From positions 6,732,373 to 6,796,372 of the forward strand of contig NC_068986.1 of the NCBI RefSeq assembly GCF_001194135.2: 64,000 nt of DNA. The letters run 5' to 3'. This document shows, piece by piece, positions 1-13,292 of this stretch. The notes under the pieces are model-generated. The model ran no database searches. It worked only from the letters and a program-made list of their open reading frames with translations, and had not been told where the DNA came from. The stretch comes from Octopus bimaculoides. Its lineage: Eukaryota. The number at the start of each line of letters is the position of its first letter. Position 1 is the first letter of the stretch. Position numbers and translations under genes: made by a program.

Positions 1-43
<43 letters not shown>

Positions 44-46
44 GTG

Positions 47-94
<48 letters not shown>

Positions 95-110
95 CACACA
101 CACACAAACA
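1..110. repeat. (TA)n/(CA)n microsatellite
   Basis: Read directly. Others lie at about 2408-2435, 7130-7190, 22028-22055, 30637-30682, 33995-34022, 42895-42928, 48962-48983 and 61551-61581. Confidence 0.97.
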
Positions 111-637
111 TATACTCCCCTCCCCCACCTTGTTCATCCAGTCCTAAAATTATTGTGTTCTTTGCAGCTACTTGCACCCCTCGCTGCAGGCTATTCTTCC
201 CTATTTATCCTCTCATATTTCTATCCTCATCTATCTACTTTTATCATTCTGCTGTTCTCTGCCCGTTTTTTGTACTGCCATTTATCACCTTTGCTTTCTT
301 CAGCATCTTCCTGAGACTCATATTCACCATTGACCACACTTCCATCCTTGTTCATCATTCACTACATTATCTTTATCCCCATCTCTTAACCTGTCACTCT
401 CTACTCACACTCTTGTGAACTTACCTTCCCACCTTTCTTGATCTACTCATTTCTCCTCGTCTTCTTGTACCTTGAAAGTATATCTGACAATTTGTCACCA
501 CCATCTTTTTCTTTCTTTCCAATTACTCCTACCCACTTACCCACCCTTATATAATGCAAGGTAGTCATGTATCCCCTCTAGAGCAAGACACCAGTTTCTG
601 TCCCCTCAACACCTAACATCAAGCCACCTTCTTTTCT

Positions 638-871
638 TATTTCTTTACTGCCCACAGGGGGCTACACACAGAGGGGACAAACAAAGACAGACAAACGGGT
701 TAAGTCGATTATATCGACCCCAGTGCGTAACTGGTACTTATTTAATCGACCCCGAAAGGATGAAAGGCAAAATCGACCTCGGCGGAATTTGAACTCAGAA
801 CATAGCGGCAGACAAAATACCGTTAAGCATTTCGCCCGGCGTGCTAACGTTTCTGCCAGCTCACCGCCTTC
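638..871 (-). mobile_element. Full-length tRNA-derived SINE with a Deu/Nin-type core and a 23-bp TSD
   Basis: Core gcctttcatcctttcggggtcgattaaataagtaccagt, B box gagttcaaattcc, and flanking direct repeat AACATCAAGCCACCTTCTTTTCT. Related copies lie at about 4645-4860 (-), 7690-7760 (-), 39270-39415 (-) and 61144-61360 (+). Confidence 0.88.
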
Positions 872-1115
872 AACATCAAGCCACCTTCTTTTCTACTACA
901 CTCCAACTCAGTTGAACATCAACTGCATCAATTTCAACATTCTGTGAAGACTTGCAAAGATTATGGCCAAACCATTACCCGCTTCCTTTGACTAACTTAA
1001 AGAAACATTTGTCTTTTTATTGTTGACATCACATCAACAAACCAAGTTATTTCAGTCTTTGAGTTGGACCAAATTGTCCAACAGAAAGAGAGAGAGGGAG
1101 TAGAAGTGTTCTTAC

Positions 1116-1345
1116 TTTTGGTCTTCTTCGTGAATCTTGCGCACAATTTCATCAATCATAAGCTTCTCTTTCAAAAACTCCTCATACATGAGTCGTTTCT
1201 TCTCCTTTTGTTCTTCCATCTGCTGATCCAACTGCTCCTGGTAGAGTCGTTTCTCCAGTATGCGCTGTTCTTCTTTCATCTGATCATCTTCTTCAGCACG
1301 CTTCAGGTTGTCTCGCATTTCCTGCACCAACAAGTTATCAGCTTT
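1116..1345 (-). CDS. MNS1: MNS1 exon 5 (230 nt); gene continues left of the window
   Basis: ctctag|AAA...CAA AA|gtaag. Encodes KADNLLVQEMRDN...MYEEFLKEKLMIDEIVRKIHEEDQ, matching the MNS1 signature LLKEKLMIDEIVRKIYEEDQ. Confidence 0.95.
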
Positions 1346-1589
1346 CTAGAGAAATACAAAAATAGAGTTAATTAGGACAAAAATCATGAGAGTGCAATGA
1401 TACACTAAGTTTAAAGTTTTATGCAAACATTATTGCGATCCAACCATAAGAAATGTTTCTTTAAAGAAGAACGCAGTGGCATAAGCAACAATCACTGCCA
1501 TATCATAAGAATAAACACAACTATGCCTCTCCTGGTCTTGATGGTGTTACGTACCTGCTTCTCAAACGTGGTGGGTATTTTCTTCAGCT

Positions 1590-1745
1590 TTCACTCTTCT
1601 TTCAGTTCTGTCTTAACAATGGTGCTGCTCCGAAGCAGTGGAAAACTGTTAGTGTCATTCCACTGTTCAAAAAGGGTGACTGCACAACACCTGTCAACTA
1701 TTGTCCAGTAAGTCCTACTAGCTGCATTGCCAAACTAATGATTTC
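1590..1745 (+). mobile_element. CR1/L2-like RT fragment
   Basis: KKGDCTTPVNYCPVSPTSCIAKLM resembles KKG...NYRPVSLTS...KxME. Similar scraps lie at about 34600-34980 (-) and 43780-43870 (-). Confidence 0.6.
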
Positions 1746-2404
1746 TAAGTCCCAAGGAGGGCTTTAAAGACTGATGTTTAAATTTGATTTCACCTCAGAA
1801 AAGAGACAATAAAGGGCTTCGACAAGTTTTGAGAAATGCCGTACTAGGGAAGACTTGACTAACCAATGCAAACATGAAAAGAAAAAAAAAAGACATAAAA
1901 AAATGATGGTGAAATAAATCTCTACAAGACAGGATACTAGTCTACTGGAGATTATATGCAGGGGTGATCATGTACCTCTTTACATCAACTAGATGAACTA
2001 TGACAATGTTGAGTAAAATATATGGTCCAGAAGCTCAATGCAATATATATATATATTGATGAAATACCACAAGGTATAGAAAATACGTATTCGCCTTTAT
2101 ATATTTAATCCTTTATATTGAACACTCAATATTTCATCTATTCAATAAGACATATTCCATATATTCAATAAGACATTCAATACTTTATTTCATTGTACCA
2201 TCCATTTTTATTTTATATTATATATTGTATATTATATTATATATTGTATATTCCATATTCTATATCCCACATTGGTTTTGCAGGAATATAAATAAAACAT
2301 AAAAAAAGACAGTGTTGGAACTCTTTTAAACAAAATAATATATTCCTCTATACACAATCATACAAAACCCCTTTTTTGTATTTATTTGTATTTATTTTTA
2401 CTCG

Positions 2405-2438
<34 letters not shown>

Positions 2439-2999
2439 AAGCTTGTTGAACTCATGAATGTGCTAGATGGAAGAAGTTAATTCTACCAATAGAACAATTC
2501 TTGTGGCCAACATATATTGGTAATGTTGAGATAAGTTGCAGCTATGAGGCAGAAACTAACATTAACGTTGCATAGGACAGTAACGGAACAATTGAAAATG
2601 CAGCAAACACTTCTCTCTTTACCCCACTTTACCACACAGCAATGTTACAAGCCCACACTCACAATTCCGTTTTGTGACAAAATACAGTATCCTAGTGCAT
2701 GTGGTATGGTTCCAGACAGAATATAATTTGATCAATCTCATGCCCTTAACACATATCAGGTGAATAGGGTTGGGAAACATCACTTCCAACTACAAATATA
2801 CTATAAATCAGTACTATAGCAATCAAACAGATGTTGATGACCAGGGCTGCCTTGGGACTATATAACAACAATAATAATTATGGATATTAAGTTAGTCAGG
2901 AGAAACTAACAGTACAAATAATTTCCACAGCCACCACCAACCCTGAGGCCGATGAGATTGATATAGTTTGTATTCTCCTTGTCCAGTTATAAGTTGACA

Positions 3000-3945
3000 A
3001 ACACTTGCTGAAACCTTCCTTTCAGATGCAAAATGCCATTCTCCTTCTCCCTCAACTCCAGGAAACCTGCCAGTCACTTGATGACCTAAGTCTGGTGGCC
3101 AAGCTAGACAGATTGATGACATTCTTACCAGAGAGCAAGAAACATGCATGATTGCTGGAACATGCAAAGACCATCCCTGGTGAAAAATGTACCCCTCAGC
3201 ATAATTTAGTGATTAGCAACTTCAGACTATAGGCTAAAAAGATTTCAAGAAGTAGACCAGTCTGGAAAAGAAAGACCTGGAAGCTTAAGGATCCTTTAAA
3301 TAGTCAGAGATTTAGAGATGTCCTAACAGAAGCATTTAACAAGAAGGGGGAGGAGTTACAGGCATATCACAGAGGGGATAACTGTAAGTTCTTATGGCAA
3401 AACTTACTGAGAGCCACTGAGAAGAATTTGTGGTTCCCACCAGACCCAGGGTGACATGAAATCAGAGCATAGCTAATAGAAGAAGAACAGGCTAGACAAA
3501 CTTTAGAGAGCTACTATATTTGTTGGTAACAAAGGGAATCTCCCTCAGAGTGAAAGGTAGATTGTATGATGCCTGTGTGAACAGCCACCTTTAACTGTGG
3601 AGAAAACCTGTGGAAGAGGCAGACCCAGGGAAGATGTGGTGAAATATGATCTTCAGATGTTGAATCTTATGGAGGTGATGACAAATGACCGAGACTTTTG
3701 GAAAGTTGCTGTGCTTGAGAAGATATGTCAAGCTAAGTGAAATCATATTTGCAGCCAGTGATGGTGACACATAACAGACACCTGGTACACTCTACGGAGA
3801 GTTGGTGTTAGGAAGAGCATCCAGCCATAAAAACCAAGCCAAAACACACAACTGGAGCCTGGTACATCTCTCTGGCTTACCAGTTCCAGTCAAACTGTCT
3901 AACCCATGCTAGCATGAAAAACAGACGCTAATGATGATGATAACA
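3000..3945 (+). mobile_element. Internally deleted RTE LINE with 3' tail
   Basis: 3150-3480 is homologous to 5860-6230 in inverted orientation. It is followed by RT C-terminal remains and a tail ending in gatgatgat. Confidence 0.8.
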
Positions 3946-4336
3946 AAATAATGAAATCCAAAACTTCTTGTTGAGAGAAATTTCAAGTCAGAATTAAATG
4001 AAAATTGGAGAAGATGCCCTTCCTAACACCAACCACTCCACTGAGTGGACGAAGTGCTTTTTACTAATCTTTCCTTTGGATTCAATTACCAACTATGGCA
4101 AATATTCTGTTGATCTGCAGAGCCCATACAGAAATGGAAATTATTGTTGCTGCAGTTACCACAAAAGCCACACTAAATTTAGAGCAGTGTTGGCTCTGGA
4201 GGCTCAACTTCATCATTCAACTAACTATAAGTGTTTTTAGTCAGGAACCACTAGAGCTATACTTCAACAATAGCAGCAGAGGCAATGAACTTATGATTGA
4301 AAATCTTATGAAAATGTAGAAGGAAATTACACTAAC

Positions 4337-4439
4337 CTGAGAGTCAAATTCATTAGCCAGCTTCTCTGCTATTTGAGCAGCACGCACTTTATTTAAATAA
4401 CCCAGCCTTAATTTCTCTTCAAGCTCTCGAATTTCTAGG
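4337..4439 (-). CDS. MNS1: MNS1 exon 4 (103 nt)
   Basis: cag|C CTA...CAG|gttag. Encodes LEIRELEEKLRLGYLNKVRAAQIAEKLANEFDSQ, compare human ELRELEKKLKAAYMNKERAAQIAEK. The phase-2 join with exon 3 is exact. Confidence 0.93.
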
Positions 4440-5139
4440 CTGTAATGGAAGCAATGAATATTTGATTCACCGATAATATATTTAATAACTTCACTAGATA
4501 TGTATACAGGCTTTTATGCACACAAACACACACACTCTTATGCATAAGCAGACACATATACAAGTTTTAGAATTTATTTTTCTGCTAATATAATAAGTAG
4601 TAACAAGCTGAAAACTGCCCAGAGGGCAGCATTTCTCTCAGTAATAATAATCCTTTCTCCCACAGGAACAAGGCTAGAAATTTTGAGGGAGAGGGCTAGT
4701 TGATTACATTACCTCTCAATGCTCAGGTGGTACTTTTTTTTTATCATCCCCAAAAGGATGAAAGGCAAACTCTTCATGAAATTTTAACTTAGAACACAAT
4801 GGTGGAAGAAATGCCCACAAAGCACTTTGTTCAGCTCACGATTCTGCCAGCTTGCTACCTTACTAGTACTAATAGCATTTTTTAGTGATGACTCTGCTCA
4901 ACAGAGCATGACACACATGCTAACTTGGAGAGTGGCGAGCAGAGTTATTTTAACAAGATATTTATTTCTATGAATTAAGAAATAGAGAAGGCTGTGAGAG
5001 TAAGAAGTATACTTCCCATCATTTAGTCTGAGGTTCAATCCCACAGTGCAACACACAGGGTAAGTGTTTTGTACCATAGCTCCTGTACATAGCTTGGATA
5101 GCTCTCACCAACCACTCATCACTAACTAGCTTCCACATT

Positions 5140-6975
5140 GACCACCAGATAAAGGAGCAGGGGACACTGTGAAAGGCGTTTTCCATGTCAACAAAAGCCA
5201 AGTACAGAGGTTTATTTTCTGCTAAATGCTTCTCCCGTAGTCACCTTACTAAGGAGACAGCATCAGTAGTGTTTCTCCTTAGCACAAAACCAAATTGCAT
5301 CACTTCTAGGCTAACTCTCTAATTTGTTGACCAATGACCCTCTCTGTAACTCTGACCTCATTCTGCAATTTGATACCTCTGTAACTACTACACCTGTCAC
5401 TGGGTATGACTGCCTCATGGACAACCTGATAAACTATAACGGTGACTAGGCTATATCTCACTCTGCCAGATATTTTAAGAACCTCAACAGTGATTCCTGA
5501 TGGGTCAGGGTCTTTCTCTGTCTTCATATCCTTAATTTATCTATCAAGCAACTGTCGATTCGGACAGCTGGTTCCTCTGTTGGGTCCACATGAGGCAAAC
5601 TACTCTTCTCCCATGTATTCTCTACATTTAGCAGCTTTTCTCAGCGGCAGTTCCAAGTCTCTTTCTTTGCAGAGTCACTAACTGCAAGTGAACCATCATC
5701 CATGCAAATGCACTTCTCTTCTACAAAATCACAATTTTCTCTGACACATTGTCATGCAATCTGAAATCCTCATGCCTTAAAGCACTGGCAATCATCTTCC
5801 AATATGCTTCTTGCTTGGGTAAATGTACCTGTCTCCTGGCTTCCCTTCTAGCTACTTCCAGGTCTGTTTCTTTGCTCTAATGGCCCTGTCTATAGCATTG
5901 TTCCACCACTACCACGTTACCCCGGATCTAGAAGGGACTTTGCACCAGCCACAAATTTGGTTTGTGGCACTCAGCAAGCTGTCCCTCAGGAATTCCCAGT
6001 TGCCCTGTATATCATAAGTTTGTAGTTGTTCCTCCCTCTCATCAAATTTCTCAATTAGAATGTCCCTAAATCTCTGACCATATGAAGGGTCCTTAAGCTT
6101 CCAACTCCTTCTTTTCCAGATCGGTCTGCTTCTTGGCATCATTCTGGCCTGGAGTCTAAAATTGCTAATGACTAGTTTATGCTGGGGGCTACATTCTTCA
6201 TCAGAGAGAGTCTTTGCATTTAAGAGCAGCCATGCATCCTACTGTCTGGTGAGAATGAAATCAATCTGGGTAGCAGAGTCACCTGATTGTTAGGTTATCA
6301 GGTGGCTGGCTTCTTAAAGTTAGTGTTGCAGATCAATAGGTTATTGGCATCACAGAACTCCAGTAGCCTTGTCCTCCCTTTGTTCAATTTCATGGCCCCC
6401 ATGAATACCATAGAAGATACTGAGCTGTTGCCCGACATGTCCATTGCAATCCCCAGCCATGAAGATGAGATCATTGACACTTGTCTTTGAGGTAGCCTGC
6501 AGAAGAACATCAGAAAAGTGGTACTTTACTTCATTTGGTAGGCCTGCTTGTGGGGTGTAGGCAGAGATAATTGTTGCTATACTATTCTGTAAAACTAACC
6601 TGAGCTCAAGTACTCTATTGTACACTCTGACTACCTCTATGACCTTATTCTCCCATTTCTCTGCATGAAGTATACCCACACCACCCACATTGTCATTGTT
6701 ACCTTCCCAGAAGATTTTATACCTATGAGTTTTGCCTGTTAGGAACCTGGCTGAAGCTCCTCTCCATCTTACTTCTTGAATGCAACATATATCAACATTC
6801 AATCATCATCTCAACAATCTCCCTAGACATACCTTTCAATGTGCCTACATTGACAGTTCCAACTCTGAAAACTGGGAAAGGGCTGTGGGAGGGAGCATGG
6901 GAAGGAGAGAGGGTATTCAGCACCTGAAATGAAGGTTTCTGTGATTGTTTGATACCAGACATGGCATAACAGTTG
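5140..6975 (-). mobile_element. Decayed RTE-clade LINE (APE endonuclease to early RT)
   Basis: DICCIQEVRWRG...IISAYTPQ...MAGDCNGHVG; LLEFCDANNLLICNTNFKK; FVDMENAFHSVP. Multiple stops and frameshifts. Confidence 0.92.
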
Positions 6976-7179
6976 CTCTCACTTTTAACCTATCATCATA
7001 AAATTGTTGCCTCTACTTGGGGTGAGAGTAAGGTAAGTATTGTAAATATAAGTGTTACTGCAGCTGCAAATATAGATATAAATATGTCAATGTTAAATTA
7101 AGTAAGTAAATGTGCTGCTATGTATATATACACACACACACACGCACACACATACATACGCACACACACGTTCTGTTAT

Positions 7180-7446
7180 CACACACACACTCGCAGACTC
7201 TCGCACACGCACAGATATTCATCTCCCTTTTTCACTCTCCTGTCTTAGAAAGAACTTTTCCCCCACCACCTCCTCTTCCGGTCTTTTCACAATGTAACCT
7301 CGTGGGCATCGGTACCATTTTCCTCGTTCTCCGTTCTTCCATTCTCCGAACTTTCCATCTTTCCGACGAAGGGCTATGCCCGAAACATCATACACTCTCT
7401 CTTTCCTTTCCTGAGCGTCCAATAACACTATCCGTATCCCGTCCTC
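7180..7446. mobile_element. Penelope-like terminal fragment
   Basis: gacgaagggctatgcccgaaac resembles the PLE terminal motif tgaNGAAG...CGAAAC. A similar motif lies at about 16570-16700. Confidence 0.4.
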
Positions 7447-7917
7447 NNNNNNNNNNNNNNNNNNNNNNNNNNNNNNNNNNNNNNNNNNNNNNNNNNNNNN
7501 NNNNNNNNNNNNNNNNNNNNNNNNNNNNNNNNNNNNNNNNNNNNNNNNNNNNNNNNNNNNNNNNNNNNNNNNNNNNNNNNNNNNNNNNATATATATATAT
7601 ATATATATATATACAAGTCACTGTTCTCCACAAACAAAAAGAACCAGAAGATAGCTACCGCAAGCCAACATTTCTGACTCCTTACAAGTTTTGCCAATCA
7701 ATTACCCTGGTACTTTTTTCTTATTAATCCTTGAAAGGATGAAAGACAAAGTCAATGTTGAACCGAATATTATGAGCTGTTCTATCCAATGCTCTTACAA
7801 CAACCTTGCTAAGTTGTTAGCTTATTGGTTACATAGAGTGTTACTTACATATGTTCCATTATTACTAATAATAAATATCTAACACACAGAAATCAAAGAC
7901 TCAATTCTAAACATTAC

Positions 7918-8045
7918 CTGTTTTGTCTGATCTGCTGACGCAACTTCTCATCACGGAAAACTTCATCATTTCGTCTCTTTAATTCTTTTGCAAGGCTCTC
8001 AGCTTGTTGTTCTTGCTGCTTCAGCTGATGGCGCAGCTGTGTTTT
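7918..8045 (-). CDS. MNS1: MNS1 exon 3 (128 nt)
   Basis: ag|AAA...AAC AG|gtaat. Encodes KTQLRHQLKQQEQQAESLAKELKRRNDEVFRDEKLRQQIRQN(S), compare human MNS1 LKDEKMRQQVRENS. Not in the ORF track. Confidence 0.92.
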
Positions 8046-8664
8046 CTACGAGAATGTAATAAGTATATGATTATGTCCTGTTCTACTGACGTTTCAGCTA
8101 AGGAAAATGTGTGTTGATAGTGCTAGTTGCATTGATTCAGTAGGAGCTGTAATCATTGTGATGGTTGAAGCTGTTTTGGTCATAGCAACTATGATGGTAT
8201 TAGTTGTGTTAAGATGACAAAGTCACAAGAGTATCAGGTAAAATCCTTGTTGTATATACTCTGACTCTCTGCACATTGAGCTCTAATTCTACATTCTTTT
8301 CAGTCCTTTGGACTCAATAAAGTTGCAGTCCAAGGTAGTGGATTTGTAGAGGGGTTAGAGCACAGGTGAAGAAACCTAATGGTATCATTACAGCACTGTG
8401 ATTCTGATGACAGCATACACAATAGCTGTACTGGACTTAGGTTTACTGTTTGAAAACAACAAGAGTACAGAGGTTGCAGACTTGCATACAGGGTGGGGAA
8501 GTAACTTTGAAGTTTTTGTAAACCATATTTTTTTATGTAGCAATGGTCTGTTATAACAAATTTTTTTTATCTTCAGCATTAGGCCTCAAAGTAACAATTT
8601 CATTCAGGTATAAGTCCAACTATGTCAAATCAAGTAGTAAAAAGACAACATATTTGTAAGAATC

Positions 8665-9270
8665 TAGCTTGACCCTGCCTGAGTTTTGAAACCAAATCCG
8701 CCCGCTTGTTTCTTGTCAAAACAAACCAGAAATTCTCTCCACACTAGATGATTGATTAGGAAACACTCGATGCCCTAGGAACTGTGCTGGTCAAAGAAAG
8801 GTCAGTCCTTTGTTTAGGGTCAATGACCTACATTATTGACCATAGTCTTTATAACAGAGAACAGTTCTTATCTCTTCCTCTTTTGTGTCAGCCAGACCAA
8901 CAAGAAATATGCTCTTATGCATCAGCTATGGTCAAGAGCAGCATTTTCCGTGGCCGAAAGAAAAGCAATGCCACTAATCTTCCCCTCTCTACTGACAGAC
9001 AACCTTTTTCTGCACTATCAACTACTAACCAGCGAGCCAACGTTGTTGTCATTATCACAAGAACTGCTACTGTCTCTTTAACTACCTGTCAGGCAAACAA
9101 ATAAATATATGTAAATGATATTTCTTCCTTCTTGGTGTTAAATCTTCGATGTTTACTGGTTACCCCAAGGTGAGAACTTTCAAGCATTACATATACACAC
9201 TACATTTGGTAGAGGGCTACATCACATCGGCCTGATATCACATCTTTCATCCAGCCCGCTACACATTGCT
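8665..9270 (+). repeat. About 600-bp repeat; inverted copy at 11410-12122
   Basis: By-eye reverse-complement alignment, roughly 75-80% identical. Confidence 0.85.
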
Positions 9271-9730
9271 CATTTGCTCCACACAGGAATTAACATCAAG
9301 CAAATTTCTGAGTTGGTTAATGTGTGATTAATCACAGTTTACAATGTCAGGAATCGTTTGGCTAACATCAGAGGCATTCAGAAGAAGCAAGGCACTGGAG
9401 GAGCCAATAAACAGCAAGATCCAGCATTTGTGAAGGCCCTCAAATCAAAAATTCCAAAGGACCCAATCACATTCATGAGGAAACTAGCAATTGATAAGAA
9501 AGTTCATGCCAAGACAGTAAGAAATACCATTCACTGTGATTTAGGCCTGCAATTGTTTGCGTGAATTCCAAGACCTCTCCTGACCAGTTCAATGAAAATC
9601 AAAAGGCTTGAAAGGACAAAAAAAAAAAAGGGTTGTCCTTCCTCAAGAGGTCTGGATCCATTGTGAAAATATTTTGACAAGAAAATCTTCACTGTGGATG
9701 CTGTTGTAAACACATAAAATGATTGGTATA
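9270..9730 (+). mobile_element. Tc1/mariner DD37D (maT)-like transposase fragment
   Basis: DPITFMRKLAI...KTVRNTIHCDLGL followed by a frameshifted FDKKIFTVDAVVN, resembling the FSDEKxFTVD motif. Confidence 0.7.
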
Positions 9731-12494
9731 TCAAACTCTGTTTGTGAAGACCTGTTGAGGCAAATGAAATCGATCCAAATTCGACAACTGGCACCCATGC
9801 CAACCTCTCCTTCATTGGACACTAAACTCGGCTTGCGAAGACCTGTTGGGGCAAGTGAAATCGAAACCATGATTGAACCAAATTCGATGACTGGCACCTG
9901 TGCCAGTGGAGCGCTAAGAGCACCGTCTGAGTGTGATCATTGCCAGAGCAGCTGTCTGGCTTCCGTGCCAGTGGCACGTAAATAGTACCATTTGAGCGTG
10001 ATCGTTACCAGCGTTGCCTTACTGGCACTTGTGCCGGTGGCACATGAAAAAACATTTGAGCGAGGTCATTGCCAGTGCCGCTGGACTGGCTCTTGTGTAT
10101 AAATAATTTTGCTGTACACTGACTCTTCCATGTACAATAAAACATTTGCAACTTTTGTTTGGCTTTTTCATGTAGATAGCCATCTATTGGTCTTCTTAGT
10201 CTAGGTTTTCACCTTGAAGAAGAGATACACAGCCTTGTAAGATATAAGATATACATAAGCCCTAAACTGATAGTGTTATTAGTAGTAACTGAATTGGAAG
10301 AGGTTACTGTTGTTGAGATAATGATAATTGTAATGGTGTTGAGGTGTTGGTGTTTGAGTGATAACAGTTGAAGTTGAATTATTGGCTCTAATTTTAGCTG
10401 AAGAAGTACTGTCTCTGATAATTGTGAAAGTGATGTTATCTATAATGTTGTTAGCTTGTGTTGTGGAGTAAATCTACACTAACACATTGATAGTCAATTA
10501 AATGCTTGAAAGCAATTCATAAGTCTTGCAGACGCTTGTATTGTACATCAATTTGGGATTGTATAGCTATATGATGGTTGTCTTAGTAAAATGCTAAATA
10601 GCAACCAATTTATGGTGCACATCTTTTTTTAGAGTTCTCCATGCAGAATACACACTATAAAAAGTAAACATGTAATGTGACAGACAACAAAACAGCCATA
10701 TTTCTTGTATAGAAATATGCTTCTCTATTACATATTATTGAGAGAAATAATTGCAGATCATGTAATCTTAACTCCAATAAAAAATGCTAAGAGGCCTGAT
10801 TTTTTAGTAAAAAAGGAAAAAAAAAAGAAAGGCCAACATATAAACATAGCACTGAATTCTAACTTCTTTAAGAAGTTGGAATTTAAACTTAGATCATTTA
10901 AGAAAAAAAAATTATCTTTTTCTCAATATACAGTTTGATGAAAAAAACAGAAATAGTTCACAGTTAATAATCAGCGTACTCTTCTCTTTAAAGTGAGGCT
11001 AGTGTAGCAATAAGAAATCCCTATTTTAATGACATTAGCTGAAAAGCCAAAGAGTTACAAGATATTAACTTTTGGATTAAAGTCATTATGGAATGCAAGA
11101 GGTTTGTATTCCATTTGTAATTTTAATAAGAATTAGACAATCATATTATAAAATACAAAACCATATATAATAATGAGATTGTATCATTAGCATAAGGCTA
11201 ATGCACATATTAGCAGAAAGCTCTGATTCTTTACATTAGCAGAAGGCTATGCAATTCTTCACATTAGCAAAAAGCTACATGATTCTTTCCATTAGCTGCA
11301 TGATCACATTCATATGATGAACTTCATGTCTGTCTACAAGTTGGTTGGAAGCTATAAGGCAATTGTCATTAGGTACCATTTGTATTGTGATAGTGAGTCC
11401 ATTTCAGCCTGAACAGCTTGTAGCAGGCTAGATGCAGTGTGCCATATCAATTCGATATGATGTAGCCCACTACTGTATGTGGCATATAGATGTAATGCTT
11501 CAAGGTTCTCGTGTAGGAGTAACCAGTGTACATCAAAGAATTAACTCCAAGAAGGAAGAAATGTTATTTACATATATTTATTCGTTTACCCGACAAGTTG
11601 TAAAAGAGACAGTAGCAATTCTAGCGATAGGGACGACAAGGATGACTCGCTGGTAAGTAGTTGATATGTAGAAAAAGATTGTCTGTCAGTAGAGAGGGAA
11701 AGAGTAAGGTAGTCATGGTGCTGACTAGAAAGGAAGAAAGGATAAAGACGGCATCACCTTTCTTATGGCCGAAAGCCTCTCTTTGCATGTCGAGCAAATG
11801 GCAAAAGGAAGTGCTACTCTTGGTTAAGGTTGCTGAAGAAGCGGGTGTTGCTCCTTGGTCTGGCTGATACAAAAGAGCTAGTGTTGCTCCTTGGTCATAG
11901 CTGACACATAAGAGGAAGAGATAGAAATTCTCTCTGTTATAGAGGCTATGGTCAGTAATGTAGGTCAAACCTTAAACAAAGGACTGACCTTTCCTTGACC
12001 AGTACAGATCCTAGGGGGTGGAGTGTTTCCTCATCAATCATCTAGTGTGAAGTATTTCCTGCTCGTTTTGACAAGCAACAAGCCAGTGGATTTGGTTTCA
12101 AATCTCAGGCAGGGTCAAACTAAACCCCCACAAGCTCTTCAATCACAGTCCAAAGTAGCTAATACTTGCACTTTCACGAGGCCATACAGTTCTAATAATG
12201 AATTTCATTAATCTCTCTACACGACTGGTCTTCATTAACTTAACCTCAAATTTATCCCAACGAATTTCGAACTTTGACCCTAAAGTGCCATAATTAATTA
12301 TTTCAATTCTGTCATATCTGCTATTCCATCATAAAAGACATAGCGACCATTTATTGACAGATTTAGATAGAAGCAACTATACAAAACTAGAAAATATTAA
12401 AAAATAGCAAATATACCAGTATCAATTTTTCTTTAACATTTTCCATAAATCATGAAGAGTTGCGTGCCTATCAAAATTCTATTATCATCATTGT

Positions 12495-13145
12495 CAATGT
12501 GAATACCCGTCAGAGTGTAAGTATCTTGAGAGAAAAGCTGAACATTAGAAGCATCAGTTGTGGTGTGCAAGAGAGACGATTGCGCTGGTATGGACATGTG
12601 GTGAGAATGGATGAGGATAGCTGCGTGAAAAAGTGCCACGCCCTAACAGTTGAGGGAACCCGTGGAAGAGGTAGGCCCAGGAAGACCTGGGCTGAGGTGG
12701 TGAGGCAAGACCTTCGTACATTGGGCCTCACCGAGGCGATGACTACTGACCGAGACCTTTGGAAATGTGCTGTGTGTGAGAAGACCCGGCAAGCCAAGTA
12801 AGATNNNNNNNNNNNNNNNNNNNNNNNNNNNNNNNNNNNNNNNNNNNNNNNNNNNNNNNNNNNNNNNNNNNNNNNNNNNNNNNNNNNNNNNNNNNNNNNN
12901 NNNNNNNNNNNNNNNNNNNNNNNNNNNNNNNNNNNNNNNNNNNNNNNNNNNNNNNNNNCGGGTGACATGTAAAAGCACCCACTACACTCTCTGAGTGGTT
13001 GGCGTTAGGAAGGGCATCCAGCTGTAGAAACTCTGCCAAATTAGATTGGAGCCTGATGTTGCCATCCGGTTTCACCAGTCCTCAGTCAAATCGTCCAACC
13101 CATGCTAGCATGGAAAGCGGACGTTAAACGATGATGATGATGATC
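12495..13145 (+). mobile_element. Young 5'-truncated RTE LINE (3' end), spans an N-gap
   Basis: Intact RRLRWYGHVVRM...GRGRPRKTW...DL C-terminus, a 3' UTR containing ttggcgttaggaagggcatccagc, and a (GAT)n tail. Confidence 0.93.
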
Positions 13146-13292
13146 ATCATCATTATATTCTTTGCAATGTAAGAGTAACAAAAACGAATGTATTTCTCAA
13201 GACAAATAAAAATAAGTATATCTTTTAAATGCCCTGCTGTTAATGCTAACACCAATCATAATCTTAATTAAAATATAGCAACAAAATCTTAC

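Noticed and set aside
36-418. ORFs starting with YIYIYI/THTH
   Set aside because: They are translations of (TA)n/(CA)n microsatellite plus pyrimidine-rich repeat sequence.
1064-1375. 103-aa hydrophobic + strand ORF
   Set aside because: It is the antisense shadow of the E/K/Q-rich MNS1 exon 5.
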